Source: Takakia lepidozioides
Taxonomy: Eukaryota > Plantae > Bryophyta
Reading direction: 5' to 3'
Length of the DNA: 64,000 nt
Assembly (NCBI GenBank): GCA_030704615.1
Contig: CM060731.1
Coordinates: forward strand, 49,414,001 to 49,478,000
Within the stretch, counting starts at the first letter, position 1. Each line of letters opens with the position of its first letter. The position numbers and the translations under genes are program-made. The notes under the pieces are model-generated. The model did no database searches and was not told the origin of the DNA. It saw only the letters and a list, made by a program, of their open reading frames with translations. This document shows positions 1 through 13,274 of this stretch, in pieces.

Positions 1-1500
1 AATTCCGAGTTCCATGTTAGGTGGTCCATAGGTTACTATGTGAATGCACACCACAAACATCCTTACTCACCATATCCAAGTTACAGAAGTCCAGGAAAAC
101 CAAGACTATAAGAAGTGCAATCCTAAGCTTGCTACTGTCAGACACAACAGCGCATTGGTCAATCCGGTGTAGCAAGTGGTCCGCCTATGCATCATCTTCA
201 TCATGTATGGCAATGACGTCAACTACATTACTGAAAGTGTCAATGCCCTCTCCACGGGGTATTATACCCGATCCGCCCACTGATCACAGCTATTTGGGCA
301 AAACCGATCCGTATTCAGGTTCCTAGAACCTGAATTAGTCTCAGAGCATCCCCATCATCTTGAAAGGCTTCGGGGTCAGAGAATCATGTCTGGACCCCCA
401 TTTTTCAAAAAAATCTATTGTTTAGTTTCTCATGATTTCCAGTGGCGAAAATTACTCAAAGTTCATTTTATCTCCTTGCCTGAGAGACTGAAAATATGAA
501 ACAACAACCGTGCAGTCATCAAATCCAAAAGCTCTCCAACTAAAGCTCTCCGAAGTTACCAAGAGTGCGGCCAAGGGCCCCACAGGTTGGACGGGTTGTG
601 CACGTCAAACAAACATCAAACTCATTATATAGATTACTTCTCAGTTTTACAGAATTTGAGTTTCCTAAGCATTTCCAGAAGCAACATTAAACTTCAGACA
701 TGAAACTGGACACTGAGTGAAACGACTTGGATGCTCTGGAAGAAGTCATCCCAGGATCGATATGTGACACACAGCTAGCTAGCTCCCAAGAACTCCAGGT
801 TAGACGTACTCGATGCCTACACAGTGGTTCTGGAGCTATGTATAAACCATTGACTTTCATTCCAAGAGAATTGAATGCCTGTGTAGGCCGATAGTAAAAC
901 CCACCCATGGGTAATTCAGCTAACAACTTGTTCCAGCTCTGCAAAGAAGCTGTAAAATGACGTAAGGAATTCTTTTTTCTGAGGTGATCTCATTTCTTCT
1001 CCTCTCCTCTAAAACAGCTTTCAACTGACGCTAGTGTAAGATCAGAAGACAGAAATTCAAGTGTTACCAACCTTTGCCTTTGCCATGTCCAGGATCATTT
1101 CTTCTGGAAGCGCATAATGCCAAAAGGACAGTACTACAGGAGAAAATGCCTCTTTGAAATTGCTCTGACCTTTCGGGTACAAGAGCTATATATGAACGAA
1201 ACAAACAAACTCATCTTGGCCATGCGGCAACTTCTAGGGAGGAAAATTAAAATCTGGAATCATCATGAGTGAGCATCATGGCCTGCATCCCTCCAGTGCC
1301 ATCACTTGATGACAAGAAGAAAATACGCACGAGAATTCACATCGATTGGTCGATCCAAGTTCTGTCTGGATGTCTGGTAAGCACCTAGTTCTCGGAATTC
1401 ACTACCTTCATATATGAAAAACCTTTCTTCTCCATACTACCAAACCCAACATCCCAGTATATCAGCGCAATAAAACGAAAATGTGGACAAGTATCCGAAC

Positions 1501-1860
1501 CTTTCTTCCTTTGACGTGCTTCTGGAGGAGCTCTGGGTGCTGGAGCAATCCTGCGCCGATGTAGATGGGGTAACTCCGATCACCAAGGTCAACCTGCACA
1601 ATTACAGGCTGCTCCCGCATGATCGGAGGCGCAGCTTCCATCACCCCGGCCCCGCTCGCCCTAGCTCCTGCGAGACCGTTGTAAGAAACGGCCTTCCTGC
1701 ACTTGACTTTCAAGACGAGATTCCGACCGAAAGTGGTGGCCAAAAACGAGGAGTGTTGGCGGCTGGCTTCAAGGCTCCAGAAGGGGAGAGGTGAAGAGGA
1801 CGCACGATCGGCGGTGGCGAAGAGCGGCGTGAGGGCAGAGCCTGCGGCCATAGTCGCCAT
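1501..1860 (-). CDS. DHQS: 3-dehydroquinate synthase, plastid; exon 1 (transit peptide plus start of mature domain). The rest lies beyond the left edge or was not recognised
   Basis: Ser/Ala/Arg-rich transit peptide followed by VQVDLGDRSYPIYIGAGLLQHPELLQKHVKGRK, the conserved AroB/DHQS N-terminus; GT donor (AAG|GTTCGG) at 1500. Confidence 0.9.
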
Positions 1861-2489
1861 AGCTCGCTCACGCGAGAGAGAGAGTTTGTGCATCAACAAA
1901 AACGAAGAAGAAGGGACTCCTTTGTATATATTATACAACATTTGACGATTTGCCATCCATCCATCCATCCATCCATGTCATCTCTGCGGACCGTTGCGAG
2001 CCGGCTTCTTTGACCTCCGCCGGTCTGGCCTATCTAAGTTCACTATTATCTTTTATTCGGAGCTTCTGAGCTTTGACCCCTTTCTAAATAAAGTCTTACA
2101 GGGTTTCAAAAACCAAAACAAAAATGTCTAAGTTAAGAAGGATCTCAAGAAGCTTTTGTGGAAGATTTGGTCCTCTTTAGGATGCCAGCTAAGTAGTGCC
2201 AAGTTTTTGTTTCTCAGCAAGACAGAAGGCCACGTCGACAAGTTCTGGCTAAACCCTAATATATTCTAGCCAAAAAAATCACATTACTTTTAGCCAAATA
2301 ACTATATTGTTAATAGTTGAATTATTGAAGGGGAAGAAGAGTTAAATCTCAAAGCCCTCATGGTGCAAAAAGGGGTTTTATTTTTTTTCCCACAATTTTG
2401 GAATAGATGAAATATTTAAAAAACAAATCTCAAAGGGTGCCATACAGCCTCAACAGTCAACCATGACCAAGAAGAAAAACCCTGTTTTT

Positions 2490-2963
2490 GAGATGTAATA
2501 TGATATATAACTTGATTGATTAGATTTAAATTGGAATGATGTATCTGATATTGAAAGCATGATATAAATTGATAATATACTTATTTTTATGATATATAAT
2601 ATACATCATTATGTTTAAATAAGTAAATATATTATAATTTTGGTTCTTTTAAATAATATTTTATTACGTTCATTTATATAAATAAAATAAATATTTAATA
2701 GTTTAAATTTGAAATGATAATAATAATTTTTATAATCATTATAAAAATATAATGATAAGATATAAAGTGATATGAATAAATAATTATGTAGTAAGTAAAA
2801 ATAACGGGTGATTGTAACTGATAATGATCTATTTATGATAATTGACTGATTTATGTAGCGTGGTTAGATTATAGCTAGATTTTAAAATACATTTTTTAAA
2901 ATATAATATAAATATTCGTTGTGGACAAAGGATGGCACCTTGTGGGGCCCTGGATTCCACTAG
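2490..2963 (+). mobile_element. Possible non-autonomous Helitron remnant
   Basis: Very AT-rich tract ending in an imperfect GC hairpin (GGCACCttgtGGGGCC), then ~10 nt, then CTAG|T; no 5' end identified. Confidence 0.3.
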
Positions 2964-3348
2964 TGCCCATGGCTGATTTTTGCACCTGTCACAAGGCATT
3001 TGACAGGCAAAAAAAGGCAAAAAAAAAATGAGCCTGTCAAAAGAAAGGCAATGAGAAAAAAATGCCTGTCACAGTGAAAGTAAGAAAAAAAATAGCCTGT
3101 CAAAAGAAAGGCAGAAATTTCTGATAATTAGGGGTAATTTGATTACTAAGTCCACCTAGGAGAGGCTCACAAAGCCTGAAAGCTACAAATGAGTAGAAAA
3201 TCTGCAGAGATTACTGATAGTTATTAGCAATTTTATTAGTAAGTCCACCTAGAGGCTAGGAGAGGCTAAAAAAGGTACAAATTGTTAGTAGTTTTTGTTA
3301 ATCTTACTAGTAAGTCCACCTAAGGGGAGCCTCATCGAGCACTGCCAG

Positions 3349-3556
3349 CAGTGTTTTTCTTAGGAAATTTGGAAAACAGCACGAGTGGCTACAGAGTTAT
3401 GCAGAAAATAGCAGTACATTATGTTCATCCACTGAAATCATCCACTTCTGTACCATAATCCATATATATCATCCATATTTGGCAAATGCATCCATATTTA
3501 TTTTTATTTGGAGAAATTTGGCAATTTCATCCATGAAAAACATGGGACTTTCGACA

Positions 3557-3596
<40 letters not shown>

Positions 3597-3638
3597 AGGT
3601 CGAAATCTGGCGAAAATTCGCCTATAAAAAAAATGCTG
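3349..3638. mobile_element. hAT-like MITE containing a (TA)n tract
   Basis: Imperfect TIRs CAGTGTTTTTCTTAGG / CCTATAAAAAAAATGCTG; 8-bp flanks ACTGCCAG and AGTGCCAG (7/8 TSD); the same terminus recurs inverted at 63964-64000. Confidence 0.6.
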
Positions 3639-3769
3639 AGTGCCAGCTGCCCTTCTTTGTGTTTCAAGCCTTAAACCTCTAAGCTTACTTAGGCTCTCCC
3701 TCTTTGTTTTCCTGTGCGTGCTCCAGCCTCCATTCTTAGTTTTTTTTTTTCGTTCTTGAGACCGGGTGT

Positions 3770-3900
3770 TGAGTAGACAGATATTTGGAAATATCCATTT
3801 TGGATAATGTGGGCATGCACTTGCTTTCTTGTTTCTAGGTCTTTACTCTTGATACACCCTTGAAAAATGCACAATTAAGTACTGGAGTCTCTGGCGGCCA
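3770..3900 (-). pseudogene. PPR (PLS-class) gene fragment
   Basis: DSST*LCIFQGCIKSKDLETRKQVHAHIIQNG resembles the L-motif of PLS-PPR proteins; in-frame stop and no continuation. Confidence 0.5.
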
Positions 3901-5004
3901 AAATGAATTGCTGGTTTGTAGTGCCTGTTTGATTGTTCTCCCTTACACGGTATACCCACAGCCACAGCAGTGCCAGAAAAATTCTTCTTGAGTCCCTCTC
4001 ATGATCCTGTTTCAAAAGCATTTGTTGTGGAGGAGGTGCCATATTCAGACCACTGCACCTAATTCGACACGGCCATCTTGCATGACTCAAAATCTTAACT
4101 TACAATCAACTGGCATATTGTATTCCTAGCTCATTGATAAGCCAAGAGAATCTCTCTCCAAGAATAGAGGCTTGGGACTACATATGAAGAGGTTAAAAAT
4201 GCTAAAGTCTTATAGTTAGAGAATAAGTGGTACAAATACTACATGTTTGGGTTGGAACCCATGAAAATAGTAAAGACAATACCATATGTATTCACGGACT
4301 GGAGCTTCACTAATTGTAGTTGTAAGAAGTTCACATTTTATTTTATTTTTTAAATTCACACTTCTTTTCATTTTTCGTTTCAATTTCATATGACAAAATT
4401 GTGTGAAAGGTCAAAAATCTGTCAACCTGTCATGTGAAAGGCATTTTCTCAAAGTTGTATGTCACAGTGAAAGTAAAAAAGAAAATTAACCTGTCACAAA
4501 AAAGGTAGGGCTACCTGTCAAAAAACAACTGCCCATACTATTCTCTTCTGTCAGACTTTGTTCCATTGTGTAAGATTTTTACAGATGAAGTGCAGTCAAG
4601 ATTAGTGGTGCGCACAACACACTGATGTCTTGCCCGTCCTATCTACTTACTTGGTTACCAGCTGCGAGAGCTCTGATTTATGCGTGTCTAAAGGAGCTCA
4701 AGATTGTTGTGAATTTCTTGAGGGTTGACTGGGAGCCCAAACATGTCAAAAGGGGCAAGTTTGAAGCAACCCAGACCACGCTATGTACGGCAATGAAGTT
4801 GCGGGCCCTACTTTGACATATTCTCACTGACAAGAGAAGAGAAATCAGAGGAAGCAATCTTTCAACTATGACGCTGCCGGGAGCAGTGGGCGTTGGTGGT
4901 GCATATATATTGGAGAGCTGGACAGTTGAGCAGTTGGGTTGATCGAGTGTGAGCCGACTGGATTGACGAAAGAAGATATATGTGCAGGGCAGGCGGTGGG
5001 CAGG

Positions 5005-7401
5005 ATGAGTCGGGGGGTCGTTTTGATGTGGGTGTTGGTGGTGGTGATGAACCATCTGCAGATTGTGTGTGCTCAGGGGGTGGGAGGGCTTGCAGTAGTG
5101 AGCAATTCGGGTGAGGAAGGTGGTGTGAGTGAAGGGTTCTCGCACACAGACACGGCCACCACCTTGTACTCTTCCGTCAACTACCTCAAGTGCACTTCGG
5201 ACCACCAGGTTGCTCCGACCAGCACCCAGGAAGTGAGTGGCCTCATCAAGCTGCACGCAGCAAGCAACAAGCCTGTCAAGATTCGGGCCACTAGGCCCGG
5301 CTTCCACAGCAGTGCAGGCTTCGTGTGCTCTGGAGGAAGGGACAGCAGCAAGAAGGAACACAGAGAATCGGACAAGGACCCGGGCGGTGCAGCGACGTCG
5401 ATCACGGTGCTCCTCCATCTCATGAACCGCGTCGTGTCAGCTGACGCCGAGCAGCACAGGCTGACGGTAGAGGCGGGGATGACGCTGCTCGACCTGGCGG
5501 ATGCTGCCGAAGCAAACAGTATGTCAGTTCGTGCTGGCGCGTTTTCCATTTACGGGAATTTGACAGTTGGCGGGGTGATCCTGGCCTCCGCACACGGATC
5601 CGGGCTTGGAACTCTCAGCAGCCTGCGCGATTTGGTGACCAAGGTAAAGTGGGTGAATGGGAGGGGAGACATAATTGTCAGCGACTCAGCGACGGAAGCT
5701 GGGGCAAAGGAGATGAATGCCGTGGTGGCTGGATTGGGATTGTTGGGCATCGTTACGGAGTTCACTCTCCAGCTTGAACCCCCCTCTCGAACCATTGTGG
5801 AAACTCGAAACGGGTTGGACGATACAAATATTGTGTCTGACTTGAAGAAGATGTTGGAGGTTGAGACGCCTCATGTCATTGTTCACTGGAGACCTGACTT
5901 TGGGACGTACAGGGCGACAATGTGGACGCAAGTGGGGAGCGACGTACCACGTCTTGGAGGATCAGAGCCAGCATTTCGCCCAAATGCAAGGTGTATGTAC
6001 TTGAGTGTTGTGGATGACCAAATCGCAGGCAACTGGAGTGAGCTGATGGCTGCTTGGGAGGCAGACCCTGCGGAAGAATCAGCCACCGCTGACAGGCTGA
6101 ATTCAGGTGATTATCGGTCTTCTCTCTCATGGCTCTGTCCTCTGGTATACAACGACATTTCAACCACAGCCATAGCCAAAGACTTCTTTAAGCTTTCCTG
6201 CAACTTGCAATTGATCCTGAACCCGATCCTGAGCAGTTGATATGCATTCATGGGAACCCAGCGAGCCTGCTCAAAATAGGGAACGGGCATCTCAATTGTC
6301 CTCCATCTATGATCACTCATGGCCGGTTAGATCTTGGCTCGAGCGATCAGGCCCATCGTCAAACTGGTGACGACCAAACCCTCCTATCCGGACATTCAGG
6401 GAACTTTCTTGTGCATCCGATGCTTCCCATGCTTAACCATTGTTCTAGGGATACATTAAATCCATGGAGATCAATTCAATGCTTCATAAGAACTGATTAT
6501 GTAGTAGAACTGGGTTACTCAAGTTGTTCTCACTTACCAATATTGTAATTCATGGGTAAATCTTGTTGGCCACACAGGTGCCTGCGCAGCTGGAAAGATT
6601 ATGAACAGTCTCCCCATATTCATGGATGGGAATGGTACCCCCATCCATCATGCAGCGACTATTCCAACCAACTACGCAATGCTATCAGCTGAATGCAGTC
6701 CCAAGTGTATCTACCAGCTTCATCACATGGGCACCTTCGCGGAAGACATCGAGTTCACAATCAAAATATCCCAGCTGGAAGATTGGGTGAAGGATGTGAA
6801 GTTTATTGTCAAGACAGAGCTTGACGAGATCCAAGCTCGCCTCGACAAGCGGTACGGCAAAGGCAAGGTCACAAGGTGCATGCCTCCAGGGTATTTCTGG
6901 CTACGTTTTGGCCAAAGCTCAGAAAGTCTGCTTTCTACAAGCGCTGGCACCGAGAATGTAGTGTTTGTACAATGGACCTCCCTTCATTCGGCGCTCATCC
7001 CAGGCAAGCCTGCCAAGCAATCATCAATTGTTGAGACCATTGAGCAGCTGAGTTTGTGCAAGTACAAAGCTCGCCCACACTGGGGGAAGAACCACGAGCG
7101 CACGTTCCGCCACCCCGAGTGCCATGTGCGAGATAACTTCCCTCCTTCGAATTTTGAGCAGCTACTCGAGATGCAAGAGCACCATGACCCACAAAAGCTT
7201 TTTGAGCCTGAGCTTTTCAGCCATGTACTGCAAAAGAGTGGCCCTGACTACTCTGATCTTTGTACCCTACATTTCTGGTGCTACTGTCGGGAGGATGCTC
7301 ACTGCCCCCATGGCCATGCTTGTCAGCCATCCCCTGCCTTCCCAGAGTACAAGGTCTGCAAACTAGTCGAACCTGTTGGTGCTGGACATGACGAATTCTG
7401 A
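5005..7401 (+). CDS. L-gulonolactone oxidase-like FAD-dependent oxidase (FAD_binding_4 plus ALO domain); exons 5005-6106 and 6578-7401
   Basis: Signal peptide; APTSTQEV..LI, LTVEAGMTL, LTVGGVILASAHGS, GLGLLGIVTEFTL, ARPHWGKNH, DPQKLF and a Cys-rich tail like plant GULLO; the GT-AG intron 6107-6577 joins the two ORFs in frame. Confidence 0.88.
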
Positions 7402-8929
7402 TACTCAATATGTACCATATGCCATTACATTCATAAACAGTATACGCTTACAACACGTTACAGATACATGTAGTGATCTGCCTTTGAGCAACATGAGAAG
7501 CACCGATTGTTTGATGTGCTGTGAGCTTAGACATTTCATTTTAATGCAGAGTTCCTGCAAGCAAAAGACGTGTGTATTGGAGTCTACACGAACACCTGGT
7601 TGGTTCAAAATGTGCCACACCTCTTTGAAAAGCAGTGGTGATGGTTGAGTTACTAGTTTGATCTCCAACAAGCAGTTGTGCCTATTTCAAGTTTCAACTC
7701 TACTATCCTCCATGACGTCAAAATCTTACTTTATAAACATGCGCACCCCACTATTTGGGATATGCCTGAACTTATTCCTACATACTCCAAAGAGCTATGG
7801 TTTGATGAGGACTAGCTTGTTGCTAGATTTACAAGACAGGGTTACCAGACTACTGCAGTCAAATACTTCAAAAACAACTTGGAAAACTCCCATCTGCTTA
7901 AGAGAAGGCATGCATCCTTGAATAACCTGATGTATTCTTGCTTTGGAGCTCCAGGATGTCTACCCACATTAGGACCATCACCAGATCCTGCTGGAACCTG
8001 TATCATTTCCAGCTACTTCTGCTTCCACCCAAGGAGGGATTGACCAACTCTCAATCCAAAGGGCCCTCCTCTGTATACTTAGGTCTGAAGTTTGGTGATC
8101 TTGACCTTTCCTGTGAAACCACAGGTGGATAGCGGAGCAGCTGTACCTTTATCCACAACCTCACATTTCTGTGGACAAACTTAATTTCATACTGTGCTAA
8201 TAAGTGGTTCGACCTACAGATTCCATCCAATTTTGCTTCTTTTCAACGTGAAGAGAACATACGACATTAATCTAGCCAACTGCAATAAATAAATCTCAAG
8301 ATGATCCTCACCTCAAACCTGTTCTCCCGCCACTGTGAAGGGTCTGAAAGGAACTCTTCACCTTTTTGCCCAAGTCTTGGTATTCCAAATGATAAATCAC
8401 GTCCCATACTTCGTTTCATAGAGCTTGACATGGTGTGTGAGATAGAGCAGAGTGCAAATCCTAGAGTATTGAAGAATAGATCGTGAAGCATGCGTGGATA
8501 ATGAGATAGTGATCTAAACGAGACACGTACATTCACCAATGTACATTAGGACCCAGTGACGTTCATAGACTACTGCAGCGAGATAGTTCGGGTTCAATTT
8601 GAGATGTAGTCGGGATTTGCATTGCAACTCTTCCGGTTATTATGTCATGTCATTGTTATGAAAATCTGAAGTGTTTCCGACTTTGGAGATGGCTTCGTGC
8701 TAGTTAATGACAACATTTTCTTAGAATGAGATCAATCTTCAATCTTGTTTTGCAATACATGTTTGTGTTCCAACCAGGTGGACTTGCAGATGGCTTCGTG
8801 CTGGTTATTGGCAACGAAGGCCATCGAAATCTGCATTTTTTCCAATGTCACATTGATCTACGTCCACCACAATTTTTTTTGCTCGATCAATCTTGTTTTG
8901 CACAATTGGTTATGACTACACTTTCTATG

Positions 8930-9345
8930 AGATGAATGAATGAGATGAATGAGATGAATCCGATGAATGTCATGAATGTTCTTTTACAAGCAATCTTATT
9001 TCAATCATTCATGGTACATTCATCCAATCATTTTTCATCCCACATTCATCCTACATTCATCCATTCATCTTTGTCATTCATCCTTGCTTACCTTTATCGA
9101 GAAGTTTTTCGTGCACATTCATCTTAGATTTTCTTGCATGGAGGTTGGCGTCTTCGGTCCCGGCATAGTATGTTACCCTCCAATTTGCACAAGTTTGCGT
9201 CCACGACAATAGGCCCTGCTTCTTCCACGTTTATACGCTCCACTTCCATTTTTTGCTCACGCTTAAGGGAATCTGCTCACAATTAATGGAATCTGCTCAC
9301 GCTTAGTGCGCTAAGCGTGAGCACGCTCACGCACTAGCTACTCTC
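8930..9345. mobile_element. Orphan right end of an element related to the 24374-35740 MULE
   Basis: CATCCATTCAT-rich tract followed by clustered GCTCACGC/GCGTGAGC motifs, the same layout as 35150-35740. Confidence 0.4.
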
Positions 9346-10830
9346 TCCAAATAGTCCTCCAAGGACTCCCAATGGTCCTCCAAGAACTCTTCCTATGTCA
9401 CCAAGCTCCCAATGCGTTCCCAATGTGTTCCCAAGTTCCCAATGGGTTCCCTAAGTTCCCTAAGAATATTCTTAAGAATATACCATAATATTCCCCCAAT
9501 ATTCCCCTGGGCCTATACATATTCCCCTTGTATTCCCCTTATATTCTCCTTAGGAATAGCCATTTCCCCCTTGGCAATAGCCATTTCCTCTCATAGAGTA
9601 GTTCATTTCCTCCCAAGGGTTTAGCCATTTCCCCCTAGGCTTTAGCCACTTCCCCCTCTATTTCCTTGAGGTTTAGCCTTACCAAGCTAGGGTTTGTGCT
9701 CCTTGGGGCTCTATGCTTAATCCCCTCAAACATCCATGAATTCTATGGGGTACCAAGGCAAATTCCCTTGATCTCTTCACCTTAAGCTACTCAAATTTGT
9801 CTCCAACTCAACTAGCAATGCATTGGCCACACAACAAGCTCAATTTCTCATTGGAACTCAAAATCAAGCTTGTACCTCCTTTGGCAAGCCACCAAGCCTT
9901 GTCTCCTCTCAAGCCTTGGTCATTCAAGCTCCCTTCACTTGCTAGCTCAAGAGCCACTTCTCTCAAGCTTGAAATTGCAAAACTAAGGCCAAAAACATGC
10001 TTCACACATGCATCATCTCATACACAAAGGAATCAACTTACTCCATTCACCTTCTAGCTCTCCTCAAGCTTGAAATGGAAGCCACACTTGGGAAGCATGC
10101 TTGAATGATGATCTCTCTTCAAGGACTTTCCACAAGTTGTTCTCCAAGCCCTTCCAATGCCCTAAGCTTGGCTCTACACCACCATGATTGGAAGACTTCT
10201 TCACCTGCTCCTGTTCAAACCTCTTGAGCTTCCTAATGCTCTCCAAGTGCTTGCCCTTGTTGTCTTCAAGCCCAAGCCTATGTAGCTCCTTGGCTTCTCT
10301 TCCACAACATCCACACTTGAGCTTAACCCTAGATTGATAGTGAAATGAGTACTAACAATCATTTAGTTGCTCTCCACAAGCCATGGCACACACCATTGAC
10401 TCCATAATGCATAGAAATGATTCTCAATCCCTAGAATCCATGCTTCCACACACACAAGACTTCCCCTCTTGCAATCCTTGCAAATATTGTGGCAAAGAAG
10501 CTCTTTCTTGAGCTCCCCAACACCTTGGTGTAACACAACAAGTACCTTTCCTCACAAGCCTTGTGATGCAAGAGCTAAATTCTCCTAGCTCTCCAATTCC
10601 TTGGTGCATGCAACTTCACCAAGCACCTTTCCTTGCAACACCTTGCAAGCCTTGTGAAATACCTGAGGTTTTTCTAGGTCTCTCATTCCTTGGTGTACAC
10701 CAACACAAGTGCTAAACTAATCCTTACACTCCGCACTCACAAGCATAAAGTGATCTTCTTGTAGTGATAATAAAAGTGAACACAAATGAAACATTCCACT
10801 GAATCCACTCAATCACATAAACTCAGTCAA

Positions 10831-12051
10831 GCCATAGAGTACATGGCAAGGGTGGATGAGGAAGCCCCTCGGATGTGGAAGGAAGAGGAGGATGCACGAA
10901 CCAAGGACATCATCTTGCCCAAAAAATCGAAGAGGGTAAAATTGCCGACCTTGGTGATTGAGCAAGCGCATGACTTCATACTGAAGAACACCTCATCCAT
11001 ATATGAGTGGGAGGCAAGATACAATAATCTTGTTCAGCAACGAGAGGAGGAGACGCTTGCATGGAGGCGGAACCATCCAAGGCCGGTTACTAGACGCCCA
11101 CGACGAGGAGCGGGCCGCCAGAATGTTCCTTCACAAAATTTGCCCATGGAATTGCAGCCTCTAAGTTCATTCCAACAGTGGCTTCGGACTTCAGTTTATG
11201 ACGCCGTTGCTCAAGGAGAGGTGGTTTCAGATTTGGTGCAAGACATTGCAAGAGGCCCATCTCAATTCGCGACCTCATACACGGCGGTTTGGGTTCACTG
11301 TCGTCATTTCCGCATTCGTGCTCTTGACATGAAGCACAAAACAACCTTTGATTTTGGCTTGTGTGCCACATATTGGCAAGACTCCGTGTGGGGCAAGGGA
11401 GATACACGACCTGCTATGAGCAAACTTGAGTACATTGGAGACCTTGAGAGTATACTGCAACTTCAGTAGACAAGGTACCGGCCTCTTCTCTTCAAAGGAA
11501 GGTGGTTCCAGCCACATCTTGTAGGGCCCTCCGCAACACTAGTGCAAGATGATTGTGGTTTCATGCGCATCAATGCAGATAGGCTCAACCCTACTCATCG
11601 TCCCTCCGATGAGCCTTTTTCACGGCCTTCAGACATGGAGCAAGTTTTCTTCTCCGATGACAAAACACGAGGGGGGAATTGGAAGGTGGTTGTGCATGCT
11701 CAGCCAAGAGGAAGACGTATTTATCATGGTCTCGGATCTCCATGGGGTGAGGCAATTGCGGTGGACGGAGAGACTGGTCATAATGATGCTGATGATGGAG
11801 GTTGGGTAGAGGGGGTAGAAGAGGATGATGACGCCCCGGACAATGCATCTTGGACCCTATATGATGAAGCTCTAGAAGATATGGATGTTGGAGAAGGAGA
11901 CAAAGACACGGCCATTGACAACGAGGTGGAGGATGATTTGGAGGTGCCTTTTGAGGGCCGGGCCATTTATGACGATGACTCCGATGACCAAGAAAACTTG
12001 CAGCTTGATGAGGATGAAGAGGCTCTGGATTATGATGTTCAAGTTTATTAG
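10831..12051 (+). pseudogene. C-terminal part of CACTA TnpD transposase (DUF4216-like region plus acidic tail), inverted relative to its N-terminal part
   Basis: SYTAVWVHCRHFRI, YIGDLESILQLQ*, LFKGRWF, QDDCGFMRIN, DEPFSRPSDMEQVFFSDD..WKVVVH; begins AIEYMARVD, which continues QEAMFY at 13275. Confidence 0.8.
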
Positions 12052-12289
12052 ACACAAAATCAAAGCTACATGAAACATTCTCGCACTGAACTGGACCCAT
12101 CCCTTCGATTGATTGTACATGTACATGCATATTGTACTTTATTTCTATGATTCATCAAATATGGCTGTGACTGCTAGTCTTTCAAGAAAGAAGGCAGAGA
12201 CAATGAATATGTTGGAGCAACACATACAGATGTGGTATCAAGAGAATTATCAAAATGAATGTCACAATCTACAAGAAGGTCCACAACAA

Positions 12290-12337
12290 CAAGCCAAACC
12301 ATAAAGAAAAACAAACACCCTACCCCAGTACCATAAG

Positions 12338-12381
<44 letters not shown>

Positions 12382-12860
12382 CAAAGGCCCTAAACCTAAA
12401 CCTAGAAAGCCCTGCCGTCGCTGCCTGCAACCCCCACGCGTCACCACCTGCGAGGTGGTTTCTAGGATTTATGAGGCCGGGGGTCGCAAACGGCAACGGC
12501 CAGCCGTCGCAAACTGTGACCCGTTTGTTTTTTTGCAAGAATAGGGTAGTCGGGCAGTTTGCGACGCCCGGCCGTTGCAGGGGCCTTTTGCCCTTCATGC
12601 CACCATGCACGGCCTGGCGTCGCAAGAAAGAGCTGCGATGAAAGAAATGGCAAGAAAGGGTTTTTATTCTCCGGCGTGCGACGAACGGCCGTCGCCAGAA
12701 ATGGCTGCCTTCTGCCCTTCGCTGGGGGCGATGCTTGGGCATCGCACGGAAGGGCTGTCATTTGCCTCGCCGCCTAGCCCCGGCGCCAGGTGGCAACCCG
12801 CGGGGTTTGACTGCGACAGCCCGACGTCGCAGACACGCTTCACGGGGCAATGGCACCATT
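12290..12860. repeat. CACTA subterminal repeat block (GCGACG/CGTCGC motifs) after a poly-A tract
   Basis: Near copy of 19290-19620 (CCCAGTACCAT..A(n)..GGCCCTAAACC..GAAAGCC..GCCGTCGC). Confidence 0.75.
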
Positions 12861-13274
12861 GCTAAGGGAATCCACCCTACAAAGCCCTCAACACACTCCC
12901 TCTCAATACCTAGAGCTATGGAGGTGAGAGAGGCTCATGGAGGCTCCACTACAAGAAGATGAACCCTCCTCAACACTCACAAGGGGCAAACCCATCCCCA
13001 TGTTCCAAGTGAGGTTTGATACCTCACTTGGCATATGAGACCAAATGAAGTCCCAACACACAAAATACAAATATAAATATCCAAAATATCCTAGTTAACT
13101 AAAAGTAGGTAATTCTAGTTAACCATGACTAAAACCATGTCACACACATTACTACCACAGTACAACCTGACAAGATTTGAACACCAAACCTTATGATTTT
13201 TCATTGTTCTTAACCACCACACTACCCACCACTTTTTACAAACCCTTGCACACTACAGCAAATTGGGGGGGTTA

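Noticed and set aside
1-1480. Short ORFs as further DHQS exons or LINE remnants
   Set aside because: No recognisable DHQS motifs such as VLVVTN; treated as intron
4678-5931. Antisense ORFs overlapping the GULLO-like gene
   Set aside because: Shadow ORFs of a GC-rich coding exon
7658-8560. Possible decayed retroelement coding sequence
   Set aside because: No diagnostic motif found in the frames read
9345-10750. Strand-biased region that could be LTR-retrotransposon internal sequence
   Set aside because: No gag or pol motifs recognised; left unassigned
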